From the NCBI RefSeq assembly GCF_055900595.2, contig NZ_JBVWEU010000002.1: 64,000 nucleotides of DNA; one strand, written 5' to 3'. Source of the stretch: a plasmid. The notes under the pieces were generated by a model. That model did not search any database. It saw only the letters and a list, made by a program, of their open reading frames with translations, and was not told the DNA's origin. Made by a program: the position numbers and the translations under genes. The first letter of the stretch is position 1. Each line of letters starts with the position of its first letter. This document shows positions 1-9,095 of the stretch, piece by piece.

Positions 1-138
1 CAACCCAAAGTGGAAGCCATTATTGATTTCATCAATGCCAGCCAGCAACAAGGCAAACAGGCCAGCGGACTGATTACTTCACCGCAAACCATAAAAGCAG
101 CCCTGGCACATCAGAGCGGAACATGGATAACCCTTTAA
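1..138 (+). CDS. 3' end (46 codons) of an ORF that starts upstream of the window; product unknown
   Basis: Frame 1 is open from base 1 to TAA at 136-138 (...SGLITSPQTIKAALAHQSGTWITL*). It ends 16 nt before the next co-oriented gene. The fragment has no diagnostic motif. Confidence 0.35.
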   Translation, partial: QPKVEAIIDFINASQQQGKQASGLITSPQTIKAALAHQSGTWITL

Positions 139-154
139 TTCTCTGGAGAACACA

Positions 155-544
155 ATGACTACAACACTTTTAGCCGTTAACGGAACGCTGATGCGCGGTC
201 TGGAACTCAACCCAAATATGCAAAAAGCTGGCGGTATTTTTGTCCGTGAAGACCGAACTGACGCCCATTACCGGTTATGGAGTATTAATGATCGTCATCC
301 CGGAATGATCCGCGTGAATGAAGGAGGAGCACACGTAGACGTAGAAATCTGGCAACTGCCTCTGGCCAGTTTTGCCGAACTGTTAATGAACGAACCCGAA
401 GGCCTGACCATTGGAAAAATCAAACTTGCCGATGGTAGCGAAGTACTGGGCGTACTGGCAGAAAGCTGGCTGACTGAAGGCCAGAAGGAGATTACAGCAC
501 TGGGGGGCTGGCGCAAATACACCGGGAATTTTCACACGATGTAA
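155..544 (+). CDS. Stand-alone allophanate-hydrolase C-terminal-domain-like protein (gamma-glutamylcyclotransferase-like fold), 129 aa
   Basis: The pattern LAVNGTLMRG..YRLW..PGMIR..VEIWQLP..IGKIKLADGSEVLGVL..GGWRKY matches my recollection of the ~130-aa C-terminal domain of allophanate hydrolases. No amidase domain is present in this ORF. Confidence 0.6.
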   Translation: MTTTLLAVNGTLMRGLELNPNMQKAGGIFVREDRTDAHYRLWSINDRHPGMIRVNEGGAHVDVEIWQLPLASFAELLMNEPEGLTIGKIKLADGSEVLGVLAESWLTEGQKEITALGGWRKYTGNFHTM

Positions 545-569
545 CGCGCATTTATAAAGGAAACATATT

Positions 570-1790
570 ATGCGTAAAGAAGATAATATGAATACGGCAT
601 CAGGATTGCGTATTACCATGATTTTGCTGGGTATTGCCGTCACACCTGTGCTGTTGTCATCCTCAAGCCTCGGCAATCAACTTTCCAGTGGTAGTTTAAT
701 TAGCGTCGTACTATTAGGCGGCGTCATTCTGACCTTACTTTCAGCCATCACCATTAGTGTGGGAGAAAAAGCCCGCCTGCCAACATACGGTATTGTGAAA
801 TATTCATTTGGCGAAAAAGGGGCCATCGCCATTAATATTTTGATGGCTATAAGTCTGTTCGGCTGGATTGCCGTTACCGCTAATATGTTTGGTCATTCGG
901 TGCATGACTTACTGGCGCAGAATGGGATTGAAGCGCCACTGGCACTGTTAGTGGCAGCTGGTTGTGTCATTTTTGTCGCCTCTACGGCCTTTGGTTTTTC
1001 CATTCTGGGCAAAGTTGCCCAGGTCGCCGTGCCGGTTATCGCACTGGTGCTGTGTTATATACTCTATGTGGCAACCCATACCGAAGTATCAGCGCCAGCA
1101 GCGATAGCGGAGATGAGTACAGGTGTCGCCGTTTCCACCGTTGTTGGCACTATTATTGTGCTGGTTGCTACACTTCCCGACTTCGGTAGTTTTGTACATA
1201 ACCGAAAACATGCTCTGATTGCCGCAGGTATGACGTTTCTGGTTGCCTACCCTCTGCTATACTGGGCGGGTGCAACGCCGAGTGCCATTAGCGGCCAGGG
1301 CTCTTTACTGAATGCTATGGCAGTATTCGGTGCGGTTATGCCTGCAGCACTGTTGCTGATATTCGCCTGCGTCACCGGTAATGCGGGCAATATGTTCCAG
1401 GGGACGTTGGTAGTTTCCACACTGCTTAGCCGCTTTCCCAAATGGCAGATTACCGTTGCGCTGGGTATCCTTTCCGCCATCGTAGGCAGTATGGATATTA
1501 TGGCGTGGTTTATTCCGTTTCTGCTGTTCCTGGGTATCGCGACTCCCCCAGTTGCCGGAATTTATATCGCTGACTTTTTCCTTTATCGCCGTAATGGCTA
1601 TCAAGAGTCGGTGTTAACTCAGGAGTCACAGGTTAAAGTACTGACATTCGCTGCATGGATCACAGGCACAGCGGTTGGCTTTATGACCGTAAAAGGCTTA
1701 TTCACCCTGACGACGATCCCTTCAGTTGACTCCATTCTGGTGGCATGTATCGCGTATGCGATTCTCAGTCGGGCAAGTCAACACCGCTAA
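570..1790 (+). CDS. NCS1-family purine/cytosine-type permease (CodB-like), 406 aa
   Basis: Polytopic membrane protein with about 12 hydrophobic segments. Its size and G/A-rich TM pattern resemble CodB-type permeases. An AAGGA Shine-Dalgarno lies 8 nt upstream of the ATG. Confidence 0.7.
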   Translation: MRKEDNMNTASGLRITMILLGIAVTPVLLSSSSLGNQLSSGSLISVVLLGGVILTLLSAITISVGEKARLPTYGIVKYSFGEKGAIAINILMAISLFGWIAVTANMFGHSVHDLLAQNGIEAPLALLVAAGCVIFVASTAFGFSILGKVAQVAVPVIALVLCYILYVATHTEVSAPAAIAEMSTGVAVSTVVGTIIVLVATLPDFGSFVHNRKHALIAAGMTFLVAYPLLYWAGATPSAISGQGSLLNAMAVFGAVMPAALLLIFACVTGNAGNMFQGTLVVSTLLSRFPKWQITVALGILSAIVGSMDIMAWFIPFLLFLGIATPPVAGIYIADFFLYRRNGYQESVLTQESQVKVLTFAAWITGTAVGFMTVKGLFTLTTIPSVDSILVACIAYAILSRASQHR

Positions 1791-1818
1791 TTCCTGGGTA
1801 TACTCAGGCAATGATTAC

Positions 1819-1842
1819 GGCTGAATCTGGAGAGATTCAGCC
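1819..1842 (+). terminator. Perfect 10-bp hairpin between the permease and LysR genes (possible terminator or attenuator)
   Basis: GGCTGAATCT-GGAG-AGATTCAGCC. Only a weak T-run follows, so function is uncertain. Confidence 0.3.
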
Positions 1843-1867
1843 ACTTTACCACTGACCAGGGAGCCTT

Positions 1868-2758
1868 ATGTTCATCTCAGACGAAACGATTCGAATTATT
1901 CATCTGGTCGCCAGACACCAGAACATCACCACCGCAGCCGAACAGTTAAATAAAGTCCCTTCTACTATCAGTTACACCCTGAAGAAAGCGGAAGAAACCC
2001 TGGGCGTTGAACTGTTCATTCGTAAGGGACGATATATTGAATTATCTCCGGCGGGGAGTTACTTCATCGAACATAGCAAAAATATTCTCCGCGATCTGGA
2101 TGCATTAAAGCGCAACACAGTGCTGATTCACGATGGTATTGAGCGTGAACTGACAATTGCGGTGAACAATATTATACCTGGTGATTTTCTGGTGTCATTT
2201 ATTCAAGATTTTGAACGGCAATTCACATCAACAACACTGACGGTAGATATTGAAGTATACAACGGCTGCTGGGATGCGCTGTACAGTAAACGTGCTGATC
2301 TGGTCTACGGTGCTCCTCATGCAGTACCAAGCAGTGAAGGCATCATTAGCGAACCGGTCGGACAAATAGAATGGGATTTTGTCGTCAGCCCACTTCATCC
2401 ACTGGCAGTGAAGCGGAATCCATTAGAAAATAGTGAATTGCGTCATTATCCTGCGGTTTGTATCCGGGATACCTCCGTTAACTTCCCCCCAATGCAAGCC
2501 TGGTTGTTGGAAGGACAAAAACCTATTTTTGTTCCTGACTTCGCCATGGCAATCAGCTTAATAGAACAAAACGTCGGTATTGGTTATATTCCACATCATC
2601 TGGCATTGCCGTTATTGAACAGAGGTAAATTGCTTAAAAAGCCAATGCGCGAACATAAACACGCCACCAAGTTATTTCTTGCCGCTCGTTCCGATGGTAT
2701 AGGAAAAGCCTGTCTGTGGTGCATGTCGTATTTAAGAAATAAGCAATTCATGGCGTAA
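1868..2758 (+). CDS. LysR-family transcriptional regulator (AllS-like)
   Basis: N-terminal winged HTH (ITTAAEQLNKVPSTISYTLKKAEETLGVELFIR) followed by a LysR substrate-binding domain pattern; 296 aa. Confidence 0.85.
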   Translation: MFISDETIRIIHLVARHQNITTAAEQLNKVPSTISYTLKKAEETLGVELFIRKGRYIELSPAGSYFIEHSKNILRDLDALKRNTVLIHDGIERELTIAVNNIIPGDFLVSFIQDFERQFTSTTLTVDIEVYNGCWDALYSKRADLVYGAPHAVPSSEGIISEPVGQIEWDFVVSPLHPLAVKRNPLENSELRHYPAVCIRDTSVNFPPMQAWLLEGQKPIFVPDFAMAISLIEQNVGIGYIPHHLALPLLNRGKLLKKPMREHKHATKLFLAARSDGIGKACLWCMSYLRNKQFMA

Positions 2759-3191
2759 TACCATCAATACAGTGATATTGCCAGGCTCTTCCAGGGTTAT
2801 ACTGAATGCAATGATCCGAAAGGATGATGAATGGATTGATTCATACCACAAGTTTTCATTTTGACATCCTCCACGCCCTAAGGACGAGGGGTCCTGCTTC
2901 AACGGGCGGCATCCGTCATCCGCCAATACATTGAATAGCAGCAGACACCTGGTTAGGTGGAAAACAGCGCCTTATATCCCCGCTGAAGGACGGGGTTTTA
3001 CGGTGCACGGATAAAAGGAGCATGAATGATGGAGTATGTAGAAGTATCGGAGAAAATTTGATATTCTTCTTGATAAAATGAGATTTTCTGCACATATAAG
3101 CATACAGGAGATTCATAGTACAAAAATAAAAAATCATAATAATAAACTTAAATTGACATAACTATAATCAACTTTGAACAGGAATATATTA

Positions 3192-3581
3192 ATGATAAAA
3201 CAAAAGGTATTTTTCTCAGGTACTGTACTAGCTATTTTTTTATCTCTCAGCAACGTATCTTTGGCTTCCGGCCTGGATAAAAACATGCAGTCTCTTGCCA
3301 AAAGTATGAGTATTCTACAATCTTCCAATGATAAATCATCACTATTAAATGCTCTTGAAATGATGGATAAATCTGTAGATTCTTCTATGAATATTATTCC
3401 TGAAAAGATAGATGTTAATGATAAAGTTTCTGTAGATAATTATAAGGAAGAGTTAAAAAAACTACAACATGAAATCAATATTGCAAAAAAGAAAGTTGAG
3501 GACGGGAATATAGAATCATTACGTGAGTCTCTGGATAAAATGAACGATATAAAACTTGAAGGTCACCGAAAATTCAGATGA
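3192..3581 (+). CDS. Cytochrome b562-family periplasmic protein (signal peptide plus four-helix bundle)
   Basis: Signal peptide MIKQKVFFSGTVLAIFLSLSNVSLA|S. The mature N-terminus LDKNMQSL and C-terminus GHRKFR parallel CybC (LEDNMETL ... HQKYR), including the Met and His haem ligands. The ATG at 3192 is preferred over the TTG at 3174. The gene is strongly AT-rich. Confidence 0.65.
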   Translation: MIKQKVFFSGTVLAIFLSLSNVSLASGLDKNMQSLAKSMSILQSSNDKSSLLNALEMMDKSVDSSMNIIPEKIDVNDKVSVDNYKEELKKLQHEINIAKKKVEDGNIESLRESLDKMNDIKLEGHRKFR

Positions 3582-3832
3582 TCTACAAAAATAAATTTTA
3601 ATATTTAAATACGGCAATATATTTTATCATGTATTGCCGTCTTGGCGTATTCTTTCCGTTCCATTCAATTGCATCTGGCATAACAAGAGAAATAGTAGAC
3701 TCCTCATTACTGCTGTTGTATAACTGCGCACCATAATCTGCTAGACTGGCCCCCTGAATCTCCAGACAACCAATATCACTTAAATAAGTGATAGTCTTAA
3801 TACTAGTTTTTAGACTAGTCATTGGAGAGCAG

Positions 3833-4198
3833 ATGATTGATGTCTTAGGACCGGAGAAACGCAGACGGCGTACTACACAGGAAAAGATCGCTATTGTTCA
3901 GCAGAGTTTTGAACCGGGAATGACGGTCTCCCTTGTAGCCCGGCAACACGGTGTGGCAGCCAGCCAGCTATTTCTCTGGCGCAAGCAATACCAGGAGGGA
4001 AGTCTTACTGCTGTGGCCGCAGGAGAGCAGGTCGTTCCTGCCTCTGAACTTGCTGCTGCCATGAAGCAGATTAAAGAACTCCAGCGCCTGCTCGGCAAAA
4101 AAACGATGGAAAATGAACTCCTTAAAGAAGCCGTTGAATATGGGCGTGCAAAAAAGTGGATAGCGCACGCGCCCTTATTGCCCGGGGATGGGGAGTAA
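3833..4198 (+). CDS. insC: IS2 OrfA (InsC)
   Basis: [53 protein letters not shown]... is recognised as IS2 InsC. Confidence 0.9.
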
Positions 4199-4820
4199 GC
4201 TTAGTCAGCCGTTGTCTCCGGGTGTCGCGTGCGCAGTTGCACGTCATTCTCAGACGAACCGATGACTGGAAAGATGGTCGCCGCAGCCGTCACTCCGATA
4301 ATACGGATGTGCTTCTCCGTATACACCATGTTATCGGAGAGCTGCCCACGTATGGTTATCGTCGGGTATGGGCGCTGCTTCGCAGACAGGCCGAACTTGA
4401 TGGTATGCCTGCGATCAATGCCAAACGTGTTTACCGGATCATGCGCCAGAATGCGCTGTTGCTTGAGCGAAAAACCGCTGTACCGCCATCGAAGCGGGCA
4501 CATACTGGCAAAGTGGCCGTGAAAGAAAGCAATCAACGATGGTGCTCTGACGGGTTCGAGTTCCGCTGTGATAACGGAGAAAAACTGCGAGTCACGTTCG
4601 CGCTGGACTGCTGTGACCGTGAGGCACTGTACTGGGCGGTCACTACGGGCGGCTTCGACAGTGAAACAGTACAGGACGTCATGCCAGGAGCGGTGGAACG
4701 CCGCTTCGGCAACGAGCTTCCGGCGTCTCCAGTAGAGTGGCTGACGGATAATGGTTCATGCTACCGGGCTAATGAAACACGGCAGTTTGCCCGGATGTTG
4801 GGGCTTGAACCGAAGAACAC
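4156..4820 (+). pseudogene. insD: IS2 OrfB (InsD), truncated after ...[11 protein letters not shown]
   Basis: The DDE transposase sequence is recognised up to the break. About the last 80 codons are missing. Confidence 0.85.
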
Positions 4821-5292
4821 AGAGTTGAGTGCGTCTATCCTGGAGAACGTTGCTGTTGTGCCTCAAAAAGCCGTTCTGGTGCAGGGAACTATTCGTGATA
4901 ATATTCTGTATGGAACCGATGACATTCTTCCCGATGATGAACTGTTTTGCATCCTGAATTCATTAGGGTTAATTAAAGAGGACTGCGGAGAACATTTCCT
5001 TGCTTTCCTAGACCGGGATATTAATCCTCTGGGTAGTGGTTTGAGTGGTGGAGAGATCCAGCGATTATGCATAGCCCGCGCCCTAGCCCGTAAGAAAAAG
5101 ATTATCGTACTTGATGAACCCACGGCCTCTATTGGCGAAGAACTCGCGATAAAGATCATTACCTATATCCGGCAGCATTGCCCTACCGTTATTATTACAA
5201 CTCATAATCCACGAATTCTGGAGCTCGCCGATCATTTTTTTGATGGTATGTCAAAGTCTTGCGTCATTGCTGGAGAAGGCAGAGACCAATAA
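4821..5292 (+). pseudogene. C-terminal half of an ABC-transporter ATP-binding domain, fused in frame to the truncated insD
   Basis: Q-loop ([16 protein letters not shown]), signature LSGGEIQR, Walker B IIVLDEPT and H-loop TTHN are present. Walker A and the membrane domain are absent. Confidence 0.75.
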
Positions 5293-5323
5293 ACCACACA
5301 CGTTAATTCATTTATATCTAATC

Positions 5324-5937
5324 GGGGTTGTACGCCGGAAACGCCGAAATTTCCGATACAGCGAATTTGTTGATTTTTGAAGCATGTTTGGAAGGTTTTG
5401 ACGTGTACGTTTATGGTGCAGTAAGTGAGAATTTATTCGTACCAGCCATATGATACGTTACGGGCAGTGATTTTTCGCGCTAGACAGCTATTTGGGGTTT
5501 GGGGAGTAGTGGAACTCAAAAGGCGGTTAAGCGGTTCAATTGAATGGTCAATAACAGGTAAATCAATCTGTTGAGATCAACAACGTCGTTTGTTCCGCAA
5601 ACGGCCAGGATGAGTAAAGCCAACTTGGCCCCCCCCAAAACAGATAGCCAAGAACGCAGATTCACGATGTAAATTGGCTGGTTGATTTTTGGCTATTTAA
5701 AATGACCGCTTAACGGCGGTTATTGTTCCACTGAGCCTCAAACCCCGAAACCTGGATTTTTCCGCGACCAGTAACGGCGTGGGTTGTCACATAAACGACC
5801 GATTGAGTGACTGTCACTGAAACAACGATTTCTGCATCAGATTTCGTCACATAACCCGTCACCTATTCAACGTCATGCAAATCTGTCAATTACTGGCTTT
5901 GGTTACGGAATTTTCTAGGTTTTCGGCTTAGAACCCC
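5324..5937. mobile_element. Outer miniature element bounded by Tn3-family-type 38-bp inverted repeats (614 bp, no ORF of 60 aa or more)
   Basis: 5324-5361 GGGGTTGTACGCCGGAAACGCCGAAATTTCCGATACAG versus the complement of 5900-5937 GGGGTTCTAAGCCGAAAACCTAGAAAATTCCGTAACCA (28/37 identical). The GGGG ends face outward. No 5-bp target duplication was found. Confidence 0.5.
5494..5746. mobile_element. Inner miniature element bounded by Tn3/gamma-delta-type 38-bp inverted repeats (253 bp, no ORF)
   Basis: 5494-5531 GGGGTTTGGGGAGTAGTGGAACTCAAAAGGCGGTTAAG versus the complement of 5709-5746 GGGGTTTGAGGCTCAGTGGAACAATAACCGCCGTTAAG. Both resemble the Tn3 IR GGGGTCTGACGCTCAGTGGAACGAAAACTCACGTTAAG as I recall it. 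Confidence 0.6.
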
Positions 5938-5969
5938 AAATAGTCTTAACGTGGTTTATTTTCCGAATT

Positions 5970-6248
5970 TCAAGCGCCCCCCTGGATGAGCGTGATGATT
6001 ACTGGCGGACCTTTGACGTTCCAGCAAATTCCCCTGTTCCACATAGGTTTCCAGATATGACCGGTTATTTTCACGTTCGGTGTACGTGTTACAGCTGCAT
6101 TATCAATATCATCAGGGATAAAATTGTAAGATCGTGGAAAATGTTTATTCATAGCCCGGATGATGGCTGTCTGTGCATCCTTTGTTCGGGCGCGGTGTTT
6201 CCATTCACGCCAGCCATCCACCTCAGAAATAATAACAGTAATCATCAA
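5970..6248 (-). CDS. Hypothetical protein, 92 aa, downstream of and co-oriented with the ProQ/FinO-domain gene
   Basis: ORF with a GAGG Shine-Dalgarno 5-6 nt upstream of ATGATG. No family is recognised. Confidence 0.55.
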   Translation of the reverse strand: MMITVIISEVDGWREWKHRARTKDAQTAIIRAMNKHFPRSYNFIPDDIDNAAVTRTPNVKITGHIWKPMWNRGICWNVKGPPVIITLIQGGA

Positions 6249-6302
6249 AACCTCGTGTCGTTACTCAATTTTGATTCCATAGCGGGACAGCATTTCACAT
6301 AA

Positions 6303-6968
6303 TTATGCCCCGTTATGAATGCAGGCGTCCTTCAAATTGCTGTCCGGTGTGACAGTTTTCGATGGTTGGTTGCAACGAGCATCTTCTGTCTCTTTCATCC
6401 TGGCGTTATAACGCTGCGTGTGTTTTTCAAGTTTTGCCTGCGCATACAGCGCTTCTTCCTCCGTTACAGTTCCATGAACTTTGCCATCCAGACCATAACG
6501 CGGAGTACCTGCGACTGATATACGCTGCAGATATTTGTAACCGCCAGTAATCATCCTTACAGCACAATTCCATTCTTTTACAGTTAGTCCACACTCAGGA
6601 CTGGCCGAAATAAAAGCCATGACATCCTTTGAGATGCCTATTTTAAATGCATGATATCCCCCCTCTTCAGCCCGTAACTGAGGGAATGTTTTTTTAACAC
6701 AGTCCAGACTGTGTCGGATAAACTCATGATTCCATCTATTGTTCTTCTTTTTTTTCTTCTTCTTACGTCCTGTTTTTTTCTGTTGTTCCGGGGAACCGGC
6801 CACTGTGGCTGGTATTTCAGGAGGTAATGAGTCGGTTTTAAATTCCATTACTGGCGCTGGTTTTATATCATCAGGAACTGCCTGTACAGCATCATCCTGA
6901 TGAGAAAGAATTCGTCTTTTTTTCTTAATAATAACAACAGGTGACGGTTTCTTTGTAACACTGCCCAT
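6303..6968 (-). CDS. ProQ/FinO-domain RNA-binding protein with a Lys-rich, low-complexity N-terminal region
   Basis: The C-terminal part FPQLR..YHAFKIGISKDVMAFI..GLTVKEWNCAVRMITGGYKYLQRISVAGTPRYGLDGKVHGTVTEEEALYAQAKLEK follows the ProQ/FinO N-terminal-domain pattern (FP..F..PLKIGI..DL....LSK..LR.AL..YT.S.RYL....G..R.DLDG...G.VT.E). The start at 6968 (GAGGTG SD) is preferred over the ATG at 7004. Confidence 0.75.
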   Translation of the reverse strand: MGSVTKKPSPVVIIKKKRRILSHQDDAVQAVPDDIKPAPVMEFKTDSLPPEIPATVAGSPEQQKKTGRKKKKKKKNNRWNHEFIRHSLDCVKKTFPQLRAEEGGYHAFKIGISKDVMAFISASPECGLTVKEWNCAVRMITGGYKYLQRISVAGTPRYGLDGKVHGTVTEEEALYAQAKLEKHTQRYNARMKETEDARCNQPSKTVTPDSNLKDACIHNGA

Positions 6969-7070
6969 ATACACACCTCTGCGTATCGTTAATATATAAT
7001 GCACGACATACAGATAGTATATATCTGAGTCGGTAAAGTCACCAACAGAAGAATAATAACATGTATTTCA

Positions 7071-7349
7071 TTACTGTTCGCGAATTATCACTCTGGATTC
7101 CTTCCTGGTGACATAAGTACAGTTATCAGGTACATCTTCCATAATAAAAGACATTGCCCCGATTTTAACATTACTTCCGATTTTCACATTTAACCCAATA
7201 ATACATGTATGGGCACCAATATCGACATTATCACCAATAACAATATAGTTTTCCCTACTGTCAGAAACCTTTTCACCAATGGTTGTATTCTGCCGTATAA
7301 TGACATTCTCACCGATATCAACATTACCATGAATGACGATTCCTGCATG
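7071..7349 (-). pseudogene. Hexapeptide-repeat (LbH) acetyltransferase, C-terminal fragment (serine-acetyltransferase/WcaB-like)
   Basis: Minus-strand translation from 7340 reads IVIHGNVDIGENVIIRQNTTIGEKVSDSRENYIVIGDNVDIGAHTCIIGLNVKIGSNVKIGAMSFIMEDVPDNCTYVTRKESRVIIREQ*. It abuts the IS1 IRR at 7350. The N-terminal half is at 22358-22678. Confidence 0.8.
7341..7349. repeat. Target-site duplication TCCTGCATG, left copy
   Basis: The identical 9-mer, in the same orientation, occurs at 22358-22366 immediately outside the other IS1 IRR. Confidence 0.85.
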
Positions 7350-7630
7350 GGTAATGACTCCAACTTATTGATAGTGTTTTATGTTCAGATAATGCCCGAT
7401 GACTTTGTCATGCAGCTCCACCGATTTTGAGAACGACAGCGACTTCCGTCCCAGCCGTGCCAGGTGCTGCCTCAGGTTCAGGTTATGCCGCTCAATTCGC
7501 TGCGTATATCGCTTGCTGATTACGTGCAGCTTTCCCTTCAGGCGGGATTCATACAGCGGCCAGCCATCCGTCATCCATATCACCACGTCAAAGGGTGACA
7601 GCAGGCTCATAAGACGCCCCAGCGTCGCCA
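7350..7630 (-). mobile_element. IS1 fragment (IRR plus the 3' part of insB, 281 bp)
   Basis: The sequence and encoded ...[88 protein letters not shown] match IS1 InsB. Similarity stops at 7630. Confidence 0.9.
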
Positions 7631-8486
<856 letters not shown>

Positions 8487-8741
8487 TAATTACACTGTGG
8501 GTTGACGCCGGAAGAATCAGAGAACAGATACCGTTCTTACTGTAAAACGTGGCTAATATTAATTGAGCACTGCAGTGTTCAGAGCACAAAGAAGAAAAAA
8601 GATGTGTGCGAATGCCTGTAATGTGTTAAAAGAATGTTCCGCGTTTCCGGTACGCTTTTCGTAACTAACAATGCAGGGTGACGTAACGCTGGTTGTGCCG
8701 GAAACGCGTCCCTCCCCCTATCTTTCCTGTTTGGATTTGCC

Positions 8742-8900
8742 CCTATATTTCTGGATTATCCGACAAAACCGGCGTGAAGTATTACTCTCGTCGCCCAGCA
8801 CCATAAGGATAACGCCCATAAAATCATGAAACTTTTCTTCCAGATTGGATACAATCAGGCCGAAACGGTGATGAATATTATCCAAATCTGATGGTTCGTA
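8742..8900 (-). mobile_element. IS2-group right-end remnant (terminal repeat plus the last codons of a transposase)
   Basis: TGGATTTGCCCCTATATTTC at 8742 equals the IS2 IRR complement for 20 nt. The minus strand reads ..YPYGAGRRE.YFTPVLSDNPEI*, resembling the IS2 InsD C-terminus (..LGYRSPREY..LSDNRCLEI*). Confidence 0.5.
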
Positions 8901-9095
8901 GCGTTTTCAGCCCCCAGATTCTGAGTTGCCTGTAGGGATGATTTCAATTCCCGATTTGTCTATCGCATAGAGAAAAAGAATTTCATTTCTGTTCACCAGA
9001 ACCCATGTAACCCACTCCAATTCGTTATTTATCTCACTGATTGCCCTTCATTTATCTCATTGATGCACCGAAAGGTAAAACTGCCATCCGGTGCA

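Larger units (their letters stand above)
3742..4820 (+). mobile_element. IS2, 3'-truncated (1079 of about 1331 bp; IRL present, right end missing)
   Basis: IRL TAGACTGGCCCCCTGAATCTCCAGACAACC starts at 3742. The InsC/InsD sequences are recognised. Similarity ends after ...GAACCGAAGAACAC at 4820. Confidence 0.9.

Noticed and set aside
3598-3822. 74-aa minus-strand ORF crossing the IS2 left end
   Set aside because: Half of it is IS2 IRL sequence. At best the part outside IS2 (3598-3741) is the tail of a gene destroyed by the IS2 insertion, and I cannot support a call.
8640-8708. 11-bp perfect inverted repeat CGCGTTTCCGG / CCGGAAACGCG separated by 47 bp
   Set aside because: It lies in IS debris between the IS911-like and IS2-like remnants and has no flanking features. 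It is probably a relic of a destroyed element rather than a functional site.
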